Below are positions 27,039 to 36,072 of a stretch of 64,000 bases of DNA, one piece after another. A model generated the notes under the pieces. The model was not told the origin of the DNA. It searched no databases and saw only the letters and a list, made by a program, of their open reading frames with translations. The position numbers and the translations under genes were made by a program. Position 1 is the stretch's first letter. Each line of letters begins with the position of its first letter. Location of the stretch: the sequence record KU521356.1; one strand, 5' to 3'.

Positions 27039-30000
27039 TGGCTTCTGCATTTGAAGATTATGTAAACGGGGAACTCCCCAAACGGGTATCATCAATTGAT
27101 GAACCCACTTCTGTAGTTAATGGACACATCCCGGTTTCTACCGGGGTGGGTCTTAATACCACTTTCGTTGATCCTGTTACTATACCTGGATTAAAGGGTG
27201 AAGATGGTCAGCCGGGTAAAGATGGCGATCAAGGTCCCCCTGGCCCAGTTGGTCCGGCTATTAACATTATCGCTAATGTTGATCTAGCAACATTCGAACA
27301 AGATATTAAACCATTAGATACGCATAATGTCGGTGATGCTTGGTTCGTTGAAGATCGGCTATGGGTATGGGAATCACCGCTAGGTAATGAAGATCCCCCT
27401 GTAAAAGGTCGTTGGGTTGAAACAGGTTCACTTCGTGGTCCAGATGGTACTGGTCTGGTTATCCGTGGTCGTTGGCCTAATAACTTAGAATTACCTAAGA
27501 CTGAAAGTAATAAACCTGGAGATGCTTACTCATGGAATAATCAACTCTGGGCGTGGATGCTTATCTCAGGTAATAATCCGCCAGAGAATCCAACTATTGA
27601 TGACTATGATTGGTTCCCAGTTACACCACAGGGTGAACGTGGACCTGAGGGCCCTGAGGGTCCGCAAGGTAAAGATGGTGAAATTGGTCCTGAAGGTCCT
27701 CAGGGTGAACCAGCAATGCCGTTTACCATTAAGGATTCACTACCATCACCAGCTGATTTACCTGATCCATCTGTAGCTAAAGAATCAGAAGCATACTTAG
27801 TTACTATGGAAGCTGGTAAACCAGAACATCTATTCATCTTTGTAAAAGGGGCATGGTCAGACCTAGGTACTTTCCAAGGCCCTGAGGGCCCACAAGGTAA
27901 ACCAGGTAATACAGGTGATCCGGGTCCCGATGGTAAACAAGGTGAACCTGGTCCACAAGGTCGTAACTTAGAAGTAGTTAAAGCAGTTGAAACTGCTGAT
28001 GATCTATTAACCACCACTGGTGTAGAACAATACCAAGGTGTTTCAGTACGTTCCACCAATACGGTTTATGTACTGACTGGCCAAGATCCGACTGTTGATA
28101 TCTCATGGACAGCCATGGGTTCATTCCGTGGCCCGCAGGGCCCTGAAGGTCCGCAAGGTGAAGATGGCGAACAAGGTCTACCTGGTGAACCAGGGGCACA
28201 AGGTAAATCGGCTTTCCAAGTAGCATTGGACAATGGCTTCACTGGTACTGAGGGTGAATGGTTAATCAGTCTACATGGTAAGAACGTAGTTATTACTGGT
28301 GCTGTTGCCAATGAGGCAGCCCTGCCGGCAGATGCTCCTGATCAGGCAGCGTACTTCACACAAGACACATCTACCTTATTTGTTAAGATAGATGGTAATT
28401 GGGTAAATAGTGGTACACATCGAGGTCCTAAAGGTGAAGATGGCGCACCTGGTAAAGACGGTGATCAGGGACCAGAAGGACCCGAGGGACCAGAAGGCCC
28501 ACAAGGTCCCGCTGGTGAACCTATCCAGATCATCGCAGCGATTGACACTCCTGAAGATACCCCACCAGAAGCACTTGCCGATAACCAATGGAAAGCATAT
28601 ACTGTTAAGTCCACGGGCGAAGTATTTGTTAACATGGACGGTAGTCGCTGGACTAGCATTGGTATTATGGCAGGTCCGCAAGGTAAACCGGGTGAAGGTT
28701 TAAACATTAAAGGTGTTTTAACCGATGCTTCACAACTACCAAAGAAAGACACTGATCCTGACTTAGTAACTGGTGATTCATACTGGGTTGAAACTAACGA
28801 AGGTACAATGCTCTATACTTACCAAGGTCAGGAAATTGATGGCTATATCGGCCCAATTAATCTAAATGGTGAGCAGGGTATCCAGGGTGTCGAAGGCCCA
28901 CAAGGTCCTGAAGGTAAACAAGGTGGTGGTCTATTAATTATCTATGTTGGTGATGATGCTGGTAAACCAGTAGCATCTGCTGATAACGTAGGTAAAGGTA
29001 TTGCCATTCGCACCAATACTGAAGGACAAGTAGAAGTATTTGTAAGTATCGATACTGAAGGTACATTTACTTGGGAAAGCCTAGGTGTCTTAGCCATGGG
29101 TCCGCAGGGTCCTGAAGGTCCTGAGGGCAAACAAGGTGTTCCAGGTATCCCTGGTAAAACCGGTCAGAAAGGTGAACGTGGATCCTCTTGGGTAATTCTA
29201 CCTGAAGGTCAAACTGCACCCACTTCTATCGATGGTAATCGTGGTGACTGGTGTATCGACAAAACTGGTACCGTTTGGTATAAAGATGCTAACTGGGTTG
29301 TATTCTACAAATTAATGTCAGTTCCAGTTAGTGAAGTCGATCCAGAAGATGTCGATAAGAAAATGGTTCGGTACAAACTCGGTTGGACTGAACTACCTGT
29401 TGATGAGGTGGTAGATGCTGAAGTAGGTGTCTTCTATGGTCGCCGTAAAGCAACCGCTGACGGGGCTGTTGAATGGACTGCTATTGAATTACCAACACCT
29501 GCCATTGATGCTGTACCTAGTCCAGTTGTTAATGCACAATACGTTCGTAAAGGTATTGCAGGGGGTGAAACTGAATGGGCTACCATTACATTCCCAGAAA
29601 TTCCTTCAGATGTAGTACGCGATACTGCACAAGCTACTAAGCCTCAAGGTCGTGTAGCTGGTAACTGGGTTGATGTAGCACCTCTGCAAACCGATGATAC
29701 TCTAATGGGTATGCAAAATGGTGAATGGGTAGCTGTACCAGCCGCAGTTATTGGTGAAGTACCTAGTGAAGGTGCTAATGGCACTAACTATGTACGTGAG
29801 AAAACAGCTAGTGGTTCTAAATGGACACCTGTAACTATTATAGTTGATCAAGCTGATGCTACTAGTGGACAACTATTCCTACGTAATGCTGCGGCTAAAT
29901 CATGGACTCTATTCCAAGGTCCGAATAATGATGTAACCGCTGATGGTGATTGGCTACGTAGTCGTACTGGTACTAATATTACTTGGAAGAAGCTAGATAA

Positions 30001-30319
30001 ATCATTCGATGCATATAGACTAAAATCAAGTACATTCACTGGTACAGCTCTGACTATAACACCTGCTAACCAGCAGTGCTATAAAGTTCAAACTGCTGCT
30101 AACCAGACTATCACAATAGAGAATGGTCCAGCTGATCGCATGATCACAGCTGTTCTCGTATTGCTTGGTAAGGTAGCTATGCCAACACTTTCTAGTGCAG
30201 TGTTACAATGGAACAATGGTACTCCAGTAATAGTAGATGACCTAGGTGATACTAAAACAGTTCTTACCCTCTTATGGGATGGTACTAACTGGATAGTTTC
30301 CAAAGGTGCTGTTATTTAA
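27038..30319 (+). CDS. Collagen-like tail fibre protein (gp146 equivalent)
   Basis: 1093 aa; several (Gly-X-Y)n blocks (GPEGPEGPQG) separated by globular knobs; C-terminal Trp-containing repeats; TAATG overlap with gp145. Confidence 0.9.
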   Translation: MASAFEDYVNGELPKRVSSIDEPTSVVNGHIPVSTGVGLNTTFVDPVTIPGLKGEDGQPGKDGDQGPPGPVGPAINIIANVDLATFEQDIKPLDTHNVGDAWFVEDRLWVWESPLGNEDPPVKGRWVETGSLRGPDGTGLVIRGRWPNNLELPKTESNKPGDAYSWNNQLWAWMLISGNNPPENPTIDDYDWFPVTPQGERGPEGPEGPQGKDGEIGPEGPQGEPAMPFTIKDSLPSPADLPDPSVAKESEAYLVTMEAGKPEHLFIFVKGAWSDLGTFQGPEGPQGKPGNTGDPGPDGKQGEPGPQGRNLEVVKAVETADDLLTTTGVEQYQGVSVRSTNTVYVLTGQDPTVDISWTAMGSFRGPQGPEGPQGEDGEQGLPGEPGAQGKSAFQVALDNGFTGTEGEWLISLHGKNVVITGAVANEAALPADAPDQAAYFTQDTSTLFVKIDGNWVNSGTHRGPKGEDGAPGKDGDQGPEGPEGPEGPQGPAGEPIQIIAAIDTPEDTPPEALADNQWKAYTVKSTGEVFVNMDGSRWTSIGIMAGPQGKPGEGLNIKGVLTDASQLPKKDTDPDLVTGDSYWVETNEGTMLYTYQGQEIDGYIGPINLNGEQGIQGVEGPQGPEGKQGGGLLIIYVGDDAGKPVASADNVGKGIAIRTNTEGQVEVFVSIDTEGTFTWESLGVLAMGPQGPEGPEGKQGVPGIPGKTGQKGERGSSWVILPEGQTAPTSIDGNRGDWCIDKTGTVWYKDANWVVFYKLMSVPVSEVDPEDVDKKMVRYKLGWTELPVDEVVDAEVGVFYGRRKATADGAVEWTAIELPTPAIDAVPSPVVNAQYVRKGIAGGETEWATITFPEIPSDVVRDTAQATKPQGRVAGNWVDVAPLQTDDTLMGMQNGEWVAVPAAVIGEVPSEGANGTNYVREKTASGSKWTPVTIIVDQADATSGQLFLRNAAAKSWTLFQGPNNDVTADGDWLRSRTGTNITWKKLDKSFDAYRLKSSTFTGTALTITPANQQCYKVQTAANQTITIENGPADRMITAVLVLLGKVAMPTLSSAVLQWNNGTPVIVDDLGDTKTVLTLLWDGTNWIVSKGAVI

Positions 30320-30324
30320 AACGA

Positions 30325-30358
30325 CATATTGCCCTCCCTTCGGGGAGGGCTTTATTTT
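30325..30358 (+). terminator. Intrinsic terminator after gp146
   Basis: CATATT-GCCCTCCC-TTCG-GGGAGGGC-TTTATTTT. Confidence 0.85.
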
Positions 30359-30409
30359 GTCTTTTAAGGTTGATTCATTGTTAACCATGCCGTCATACCA
30401 GTTATATCT

Positions 30410-30446
30410 AAAAAAAAGCATAGAAAGCCCTATTAGGGCTTTCTAT
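30410..30446 (-). terminator. Intrinsic terminator of the gp147 operon
   Basis: ATAGAAAGCCC/GGGCTTTCTAT stem with an A8 run on the plus strand (U-tract on minus). Confidence 0.8.
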
Positions 30447-30452
30447 TGGGTA

Positions 30453-31169
30453 TCATGGCTTAAACATGGAAAAGTATTCAGCATCGATGAAATCAAAGTC
30501 GATATTAAGTTTATGCTTTAACTGGAAATCCATGATAATAAACTGTTTATCTTCAACAGCTAATTCACTTACATCTTTCTCAAATAGCTTTGGACCAATA
30601 ATAGTAAAGTCAGGCATCAACACTTGTCCTAATTCAAGAACATGGGTTTTACACCATTCTCCAAAATTATACATAATCGCCATTGAATAGATAGAGTTTA
30701 ATCTAGAACAAGTAAGGTCTGTTAATGGAGTATTAATCAGGGTGATCTGAATATGATCACCAATGTACTTATGTAAGCAGTATAGTAATTCATCTTGAGC
30801 ATCTGGTGTCAATTCATATGGCCAGATATTGACTTCAAGACATGTTTCAAAATTAGCATTAACTATACCATCTAATCTATTCAAATCTGATTGGGCTATT
30901 AATTGAATAATAAATGGAATGATACCAGTGAATATAGAACTATTGATAGTGTCAGCAGTATTTTCACCACCACGTTTAGAATAAGCTTCGACAAATTGTT
31001 CATTAGTTACTAAACCATCTGTTAGTTTAGTCCAATCATCCATTTCCCTATGCCAGTAAATTTGACCATTGGTAACAAGCTTATTAGCTGCATCTTTATT
31101 TAGTAACCTAATGGTTCCTAACCGTGTATCTAATAGTGAGTCAAGATCAATTAAGATTTTACGAAACAT
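30453..31169 (-). CDS. Hypothetical protein, HAD-like N-terminal motif (gp147 equivalent)
   Basis: 238 aa; KILIDLDSLLD resembles HAD motif I. Confidence 0.75.
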   Translation of the reverse strand: MFRKILIDLDSLLDTRLGTIRLLNKDAANKLVTNGQIYWHREMDDWTKLTDGLVTNEQFVEAYSKRGGENTADTINSSIFTGIIPFIIQLIAQSDLNRLDGIVNANFETCLEVNIWPYELTPDAQDELLYCLHKYIGDHIQITLINTPLTDLTCSRLNSIYSMAIMYNFGEWCKTHVLELGQVLMPDFTIIGPKLFEKDVSELAVEDKQFIIMDFQLKHKLNIDFDFIDAEYFSMFKP

Positions 31170-31665
31170 TATTATTTACCGCCTTCTTTTTAGATGGCTT
31201 AGCTTGAACTGGGATAGATTCAACCATATTAGTAATATAACGGATATTTAAACATTGGCAAATAATCCAAACTAACCAATCATTTTGGTATAAAATGTCA
31301 GTTAATTCTTTTCGTGGAATTAATCGCGCTAACATTTCTTGGTCAACAATAGTTGAATTAGGCTGATAAGGATAAATAGAATCAGCTAGTAATTTCACCA
31401 CACCATCCCAATCATTAACAGCCATCTTAAATCGACTAACTAAACTTAAGATAGGTTGAAGACGATTACCTTTATTACGGAATAAATTCCAGATATCCCT
31501 AATAACTGTTTTATCAGCAATGTGATACCAATGAGTATTGGTACTCCAGTTATTTAGTAAATCCAAAATATCCGCAATGATTTCAGCACTGTATCCATTT
31601 ACTAACTCAGTATTAGATACAATTAAAGCTTCGCACATATCTTCATAAATCTGGCGATTATTCAT
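31159..31665 (-). CDS. Hypothetical protein (gp148 equivalent)
   Basis: 168-aa ORF coupled between gp149 and gp147. Confidence 0.8.
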   Translation of the reverse strand: MNNRQIYEDMCEALIVSNTELVNGYSAEIIADILDLLNNWSTNTHWYHIADKTVIRDIWNLFRNKGNRLQPILSLVSRFKMAVNDWDGVVKLLADSIYPYQPNSTIVDQEMLARLIPRKELTDILYQNDWLVWIICQCLNIRYITNMVESIPVQAKPSKKKAVNNNVS

Positions 31666-31667
31666 AA

Positions 31668-32342
31668 TTACACCAAGTTATTTTGTAGCATCATGCCTTT
31701 TAGATAACATGCAAATGTTTTATTAGATTGCACAGTAGTATCATAAGTGGACATGATGGAATCAACAGAAGCACTACCAGTTTCGATAATAGAGCGGTTC
31801 ATTGCATTATACGCCTTCTGGTCGCCACCACGCAGTTTCATGAATTCGATCATGGAATAACGGAGACCTTTTGAAGCGTTAACTTGAATCTCTGGTGCAG
31901 ACATACGGGATCCTTTAGAATCACCAGTTACCTGCCCTGACCTCTGGTCAATCACGTGACTAGAACCTGGAATACTTTTCTTTTTCTCAAGCATTTGTAC
32001 TTGACGACGGATTGGTATTAAACCAACTAAATGTTTATTAGCAGTTCGATATACCTGGCCAGTACCTGGATCAGTTAAAATGATGTGTTGGAATAAATTA
32101 TGACCAATCGCTTTAGCAACTTTATAATTTTGCTTAATAGTTAATTTAGGCTTAGTGCATAAGTTAGGAGCATATAATGCCAACATCTCTTCACCAGAAT
32201 CTAACTTATTAATCCACTCCTCAAATTCCTCATCATTCATTCGTGCAAACATTTCTTTATAGATATCAACATTACTACTACCAGGTAGAAACATGTCAAT
32301 AATCCATAGGCATTCTTTTTCTACCAATTCTCGTTTAGTCAT
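31668..32342 (-). CDS. rpoB: Virion RNA polymerase beta subunit, C-terminal fragment (gp149)
   Basis: QMLEKK...DQRSGQVTGDSKGSRMSAPEIQ aligns by eye with the beta C-terminal HLVDDK...GGQRFGEME region; size and position match the recalled gp149. Confidence 0.8.
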   Translation of the reverse strand: MTKRELVEKECLWIIDMFLPGSSNVDIYKEMFARMNDEEFEEWINKLDSGEEMLALYAPNLCTKPKLTIKQNYKVAKAIGHNLFQHIILTDPGTGQVYRTANKHLVGLIPIRRQVQMLEKKKSIPGSSHVIDQRSGQVTGDSKGSRMSAPEIQVNASKGLRYSMIEFMKLRGGDQKAYNAMNRSIIETGSASVDSIMSTYDTTVQSNKTFACYLKGMMLQNNLV

Positions 32343-32374
32343 GGTAATTTCCTTTAAGGTTGTTTAACATACCA

Positions 32375-32695
32375 TTAGCTTGAGCGAGATACCCCTTGAT
32401 AGACAGGTATTGAATTCTGGTCAGTACATGGAGGTAACCTGTGCCTCTTAAGAATTGGTAATATGTTGGCTAGAAAATTAGCATACCATACTTCAAAGGT
32501 GACTGAATCATCAATGGTGGTTCTAGCTGTCAATGTCTGACTAGGGTATTGAGCTAATAGTTGCTGAAAGCAAGCTGATAAAGTGGGTACGTCTGTACAC
32601 ACTGGTAATCGACGTAATAGATCTTCTGATAGTTCAACATCAAACATTCGTAGACGTTGACAAAGTGTTAAACGATAATCTTCTGTAGTTTTCAT
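32375..32695 (-). CDS. Hypothetical protein (gp150 equivalent)
   Basis: 106 aa with RBS AAGGA. Confidence 0.75.
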   Translation of the reverse strand: MKTTEDYRLTLCQRLRMFDVELSEDLLRRLPVCTDVPTLSACFQQLLAQYPSQTLTARTTIDDSVTFEVWYANFLANILPILKRHRLPPCTDQNSIPVYQGVSRSS

Positions 32696-32718
32696 TATAG
32701 TTCCTTAGGGTCTTTATT

Positions 32719-33069
32719 TTACTTTGATATCTCACCACAGTAAATGACCTCTGTTTTTGTTTCAAGCCATTCTACTAATAAATGCCGGTGACAGAAATTA
32801 CCAGCGCGACAATAACAACCTAATGCTACTTCCTCTAATTGGAAGAACCATTTAAAGAATTCTGGATTATCAATCAATGATTGCTCTAACATACTGAGAT
32901 ATGCTTCAGTGTATTCATCACTTGATATAATTCCTTTCTTATGTCCCATAACCATTAACCACGTAGGTGCGAGTTGATATGCACCTGATTTAACAGTTAT
33001 GTCTAGCGGTTTTATTCCTTTCTCTATAACTAACTTATATTTAGCTATCTGATAAGTGTAAACATTCAT
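32719..33069 (-). CDS. DUF488-like small protein (gp151 equivalent)
   Basis: 116 aa; LAPT and LGCYC...FCHRHLLVEWL motifs. Confidence 0.65.
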   Translation of the reverse strand: MNVYTYQIAKYKLVIEKGIKPLDITVKSGAYQLAPTWLMVMGHKKGIISSDEYTEAYLSMLEQSLIDNPEFFKWFFQLEEVALGCYCRAGNFCHRHLLVEWLETKTEVIYCGEISK

Positions 33070-33082
33070 ATACCAAACCTGA

Positions 33083-33114
33083 CATAACTAGGGATCTTAT
33101 TGACCCCTAGTTAT
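33083..33114 (-). promoter_or_regulatory. Hairpin ending in TATG, 14 nt upstream of gp151 (terminator and/or late promoter)
   Basis: ATAACTAGGG/CCCTAGTTAT 10-bp stem; on the minus strand TATG follows, then an AGGT-containing leader. Confidence 0.5.
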
Positions 33115-33145
33115 TTTAAAACTGGCGATAACATCTATACTAACA

Positions 33146-34585
33146 TTAAGCTTTTGCTTTAGCTAGTTCAAGAGGTACAATTTTAGCTTTTTCTTCGTCA
33201 GTCATCCAGTATGGTTTATATTCACTTTTACGCATGCGTAGTAGGTCATACGTGGATAGGAATTTTTTATCACTAAATTGTTCGTCTTCTTCGAACATCC
33301 AATAGCCACGGGTATTATTAAGAATAATATTCCAATCATAACCCATTACTTTAAGATCAGCATATAGTTCGGCTGGAGTTACTACATAATCTCCAAGATT
33401 CCAACGTTGGAATTGAATTAATTGTAGCATTTCAGATTGGATTTCAACAGCTCGTTGTAGAGCAGGGTTATCCATCAATTTCTTACGAACAGTGGTTCGG
33501 CTTAGTTTGATATCAGGACATAGCTCAACGAAGTAGTTAATGTTATTACCACCAATCCCCCAATCATTTTCACGGCAATAATGGAATTCCGATAGTGATG
33601 GAAGAATACCTTCAGTCTGTGAAACAATGAGATGGAATGGTAGACCAGTAATTCCACCTTTACCACGTAAGTTAATAACTTCTAGAATACGTAGATCTGT
33701 ATCGCCTTCAATAGCAGTTGAATTGTCAATTGGATATAAAGGCATTTTTTCTTTATTGACTAACGGTTTATTAGATTCAATAGAAAACACATTATTCGGC
33801 AGAGAGTAGAAACCACCTGATACCCCTTTAAGAACCGTATCCTTCTTCATATGCGATAGATTACGTTTATCAGTAGGGTACATCTCAATTTGAATAATAT
33901 CTCCAACGTGTGCAGTGAGAATCATGTATGTACTGGTTTTAGCACAGATCTGCGGCAGTTGGTTAAATAACTGATTCTTGGCTTTACCATTAGTCATCGC
34001 ATCAGTGTTTACTTTAGAATCACCGATAGCATTTTTAGCATACATTTCAGACACAGCTGAGACAATGAACTTTGAGAAACTATCAATGAATCCACCAGTT
34101 GGGTACAGTGCTTTCTTATTGTTACCATTCACATCAAGAAATGGGGTAGTGCGTAGATAATCTTTTTCAGCTTTCTCTTTTTCAGATAATGCATCTCGGA
34201 AGATTTTGAACCACTCATCCCCAGTATAACGAGATAAGTCAGTAAACATGTATTGCTCATCATTTTCCCAATCGATAGCAGCTAGCTCAGGATAAGCTTG
34301 TGCTAAAGATGTAAATCGAGCACCTGGGTTTAATGTACCTTCTGTATCGTAAGTCATTGCATGTGCACCGGGGAAAGCACGGCGCATCATTGCCATGAGG
34401 TAGATACCTAATGCAGTTTTAAAATTGTTAGGTCGTGAAGCAATACCAGTTAGTGATCCCATACCACCATTTAGAATCATTTCACCATGCTTACCTTGTT
34501 CATACTTACCAGTTGAAATGTCCATAAGGCATCCGATGTTAAGAGCCGGTCGGAAAGCTGGACGTTCGAAATGTTTACCAAACAT
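33146..34585 (-). CDS. uvsX: UvsX/RecA-like recombinase (gp152)
   Basis: 479 aa; divergent P-loop GIASRPNNFKT, YDTEG, Walker B GGFIDSFS, MILTAH strand; recalled gp152 annotation. Confidence 0.8.
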   Translation of the reverse strand: MFGKHFERPAFRPALNIGCLMDISTGKYEQGKHGEMILNGGMGSLTGIASRPNNFKTALGIYLMAMMRRAFPGAHAMTYDTEGTLNPGARFTSLAQAYPELAAIDWENDEQYMFTDLSRYTGDEWFKIFRDALSEKEKAEKDYLRTTPFLDVNGNNKKALYPTGGFIDSFSKFIVSAVSEMYAKNAIGDSKVNTDAMTNGKAKNQLFNQLPQICAKTSTYMILTAHVGDIIQIEMYPTDKRNLSHMKKDTVLKGVSGGFYSLPNNVFSIESNKPLVNKEKMPLYPIDNSTAIEGDTDLRILEVINLRGKGGITGLPFHLIVSQTEGILPSLSEFHYCRENDWGIGGNNINYFVELCPDIKLSRTTVRKKLMDNPALQRAVEIQSEMLQLIQFQRWNLGDYVVTPAELYADLKVMGYDWNIILNNTRGYWMFEEDEQFSDKKFLSTYDLLRMRKSEYKPYWMTDEEKAKIVPLELAKAKA

Positions 34586-34682
34586 GTTGACTCCATTTTT
34601 TAAGTTAAACAGTCAATTAATTGATTTGGAGAGTAATTTTATGTCTACATATTCAACAATCCTTGCGCAAGGAAATTAAGAC

Positions 34683-35597
34683 ATGTTTAACATCCATAAA
34701 TACGCTAAAAGTATTTCACTAGAAAATGATTGTCAGGATCTAATTGAATCTGATAATATTGTTAATGATGATATTAGTTTAGTACAAGTTGATCCAAAAC
34801 AACAGCTTGTAGATATTACTGAGACTATTTCTCAAGAAGCTAATTTCGCAACAAACGCTATTAACATTATCAATAAACGCGGTGCTAATTTTGCTATCGC
34901 TGCTCGTAATGCATTTACGTCGATGACTAACTGGAGTAATCAAATTATTCCTGAGTTCCATCCAGCGCAGATGCGCCATTTAGTTTCACACATTGATTAT
35001 TTAGAAGTAGCAAATACAATCGTGCCACAACCAGTTGGTTTTAATGGTGAGATTCCAGACTATGTTGATTATCTATTAACAGAAGCTAAGGAAATGGCCA
35101 CTATTATTCCAGCGGTATTAGACCCGGTTAAAGCACAACTTGGATATTATCTACAACAGCGTGCTGATCGAATGGATAAGCGTGGCTTTGCTAATTCATT
35201 TGCAATGGCATCGATCAATGATCTTGCTAAAGATGCTTCTTTCTATGACAGTGACAACCGGTCAAGTACAGCTGAGTTTGGTAAGCTTTACCCATCATTA
35301 AATTCATTTGTTGACGCAACAAAGAAAATGAACGATATTCGTAGCATTTTATCACGGGTTCGTCCAAATGATGTAAAACGTGCTTCAGAAGCGCTTAGTC
35401 AATTAATTGATAGCTTTATGGAGGATGTTAAGGATAGTAACTCTGACACCTCTCCAGAGCTATTACAGACATTAATTGAAGGGGTTACATGGGCAGCAGA
35501 CCATGTTGAACGTTATTCAACACTCTTTACCAAGATTGTTGAGACTGCAAACACAATGAAAGCCACTGAAGATATTCTTCGTGAAATCATTGGATAA
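34683..35597 (+). CDS. Virion head protein (gp153 equivalent)
   Basis: 304 aa with RBS AAGGA; N-terminal S-L-E putative protease site. Confidence 0.75.
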   Translation: MFNIHKYAKSISLENDCQDLIESDNIVNDDISLVQVDPKQQLVDITETISQEANFATNAINIINKRGANFAIAARNAFTSMTNWSNQIIPEFHPAQMRHLVSHIDYLEVANTIVPQPVGFNGEIPDYVDYLLTEAKEMATIIPAVLDPVKAQLGYYLQQRADRMDKRGFANSFAMASINDLAKDASFYDSDNRSSTAEFGKLYPSLNSFVDATKKMNDIRSILSRVRPNDVKRASEALSQLIDSFMEDVKDSNSDTSPELLQTLIEGVTWAADHVERYSTLFTKIVETANTMKATEDILREIIG

Positions 35598-35600
35598 CAG

Positions 35601-35633
35601 CATAAGCCCTCTCCCAAAGGAGAGGGCATTATG
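35601..35633. terminator. CATAA palindrome between convergent genes
   Basis: TAA-CAG-CATAA-GCCCTCTCC-CAAA-GGAGAGGGC-ATTATG. Confidence 0.7.
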
Positions 35634-35642
35634 TCGTACCAA

Positions 35643-36062
35643 TCAATTTGGAATACACTTCTCATGTAAACTTAATTTAAAGAGGGTTTTTAAATCCTTT
35701 AAAAAAGTTGCATCATCAGCATATTTCATCCAACACGGAGTCTTACGAATAAGCCTCATGAAAAATTGATCAGTGGTTAGATCTGCTTTATCAATCTTAT
35801 CGATTGCTATCACGCCTTTCCATACGTACGGCCCATAATGAATAGGGAGTCGTAAGGCAGCTTCATCGCGTACTAGTTTCATGTTAGAATTCAAATGAGA
35901 GATCTTTTCACACTCATTTGTCTTACACTGTACTATAACGGAGTACAGTGACGCCATGACGCACATCCGCTTTAGTTCGGGATCAGCATAGTCCCAGAGC
36001 TTAATCCAAATTGCCCTGAAACCATTCTTAACCGACTTTTTGAATCTGCTAATAAGGTTCAT
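35643..36062 (-). CDS. Hypothetical protein (gp154 equivalent)
   Basis: The in-frame ATG at 36062 (MNLISRF) avoids overlap with the RNase H gene; the track start is 36128. Confidence 0.7.
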   Translation of the reverse strand: MNLISRFKKSVKNGFRAIWIKLWDYADPELKRMCVMASLYSVIVQCKTNECEKISHLNSNMKLVRDEAALRLPIHYGPYVWKGVIAIDKIDKADLTTDQFFMRLIRKTPCWMKYADDATFLKDLKTLFKLSLHEKCIPN

Positions 36063-36072
36063 GGAATACCCA

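Noticed and set aside
27180-29180. Periodic GGN-CCN-GA/CA DNA repeats resembling an array
   Set aside because: They encode Gly-X-Y collagen; there is no constant repeat with unique spacers, so this is not CRISPR.
30306-30521. 71-aa ORF after gp146
   Set aside because: It crosses two terminators and overlaps convergent genes.
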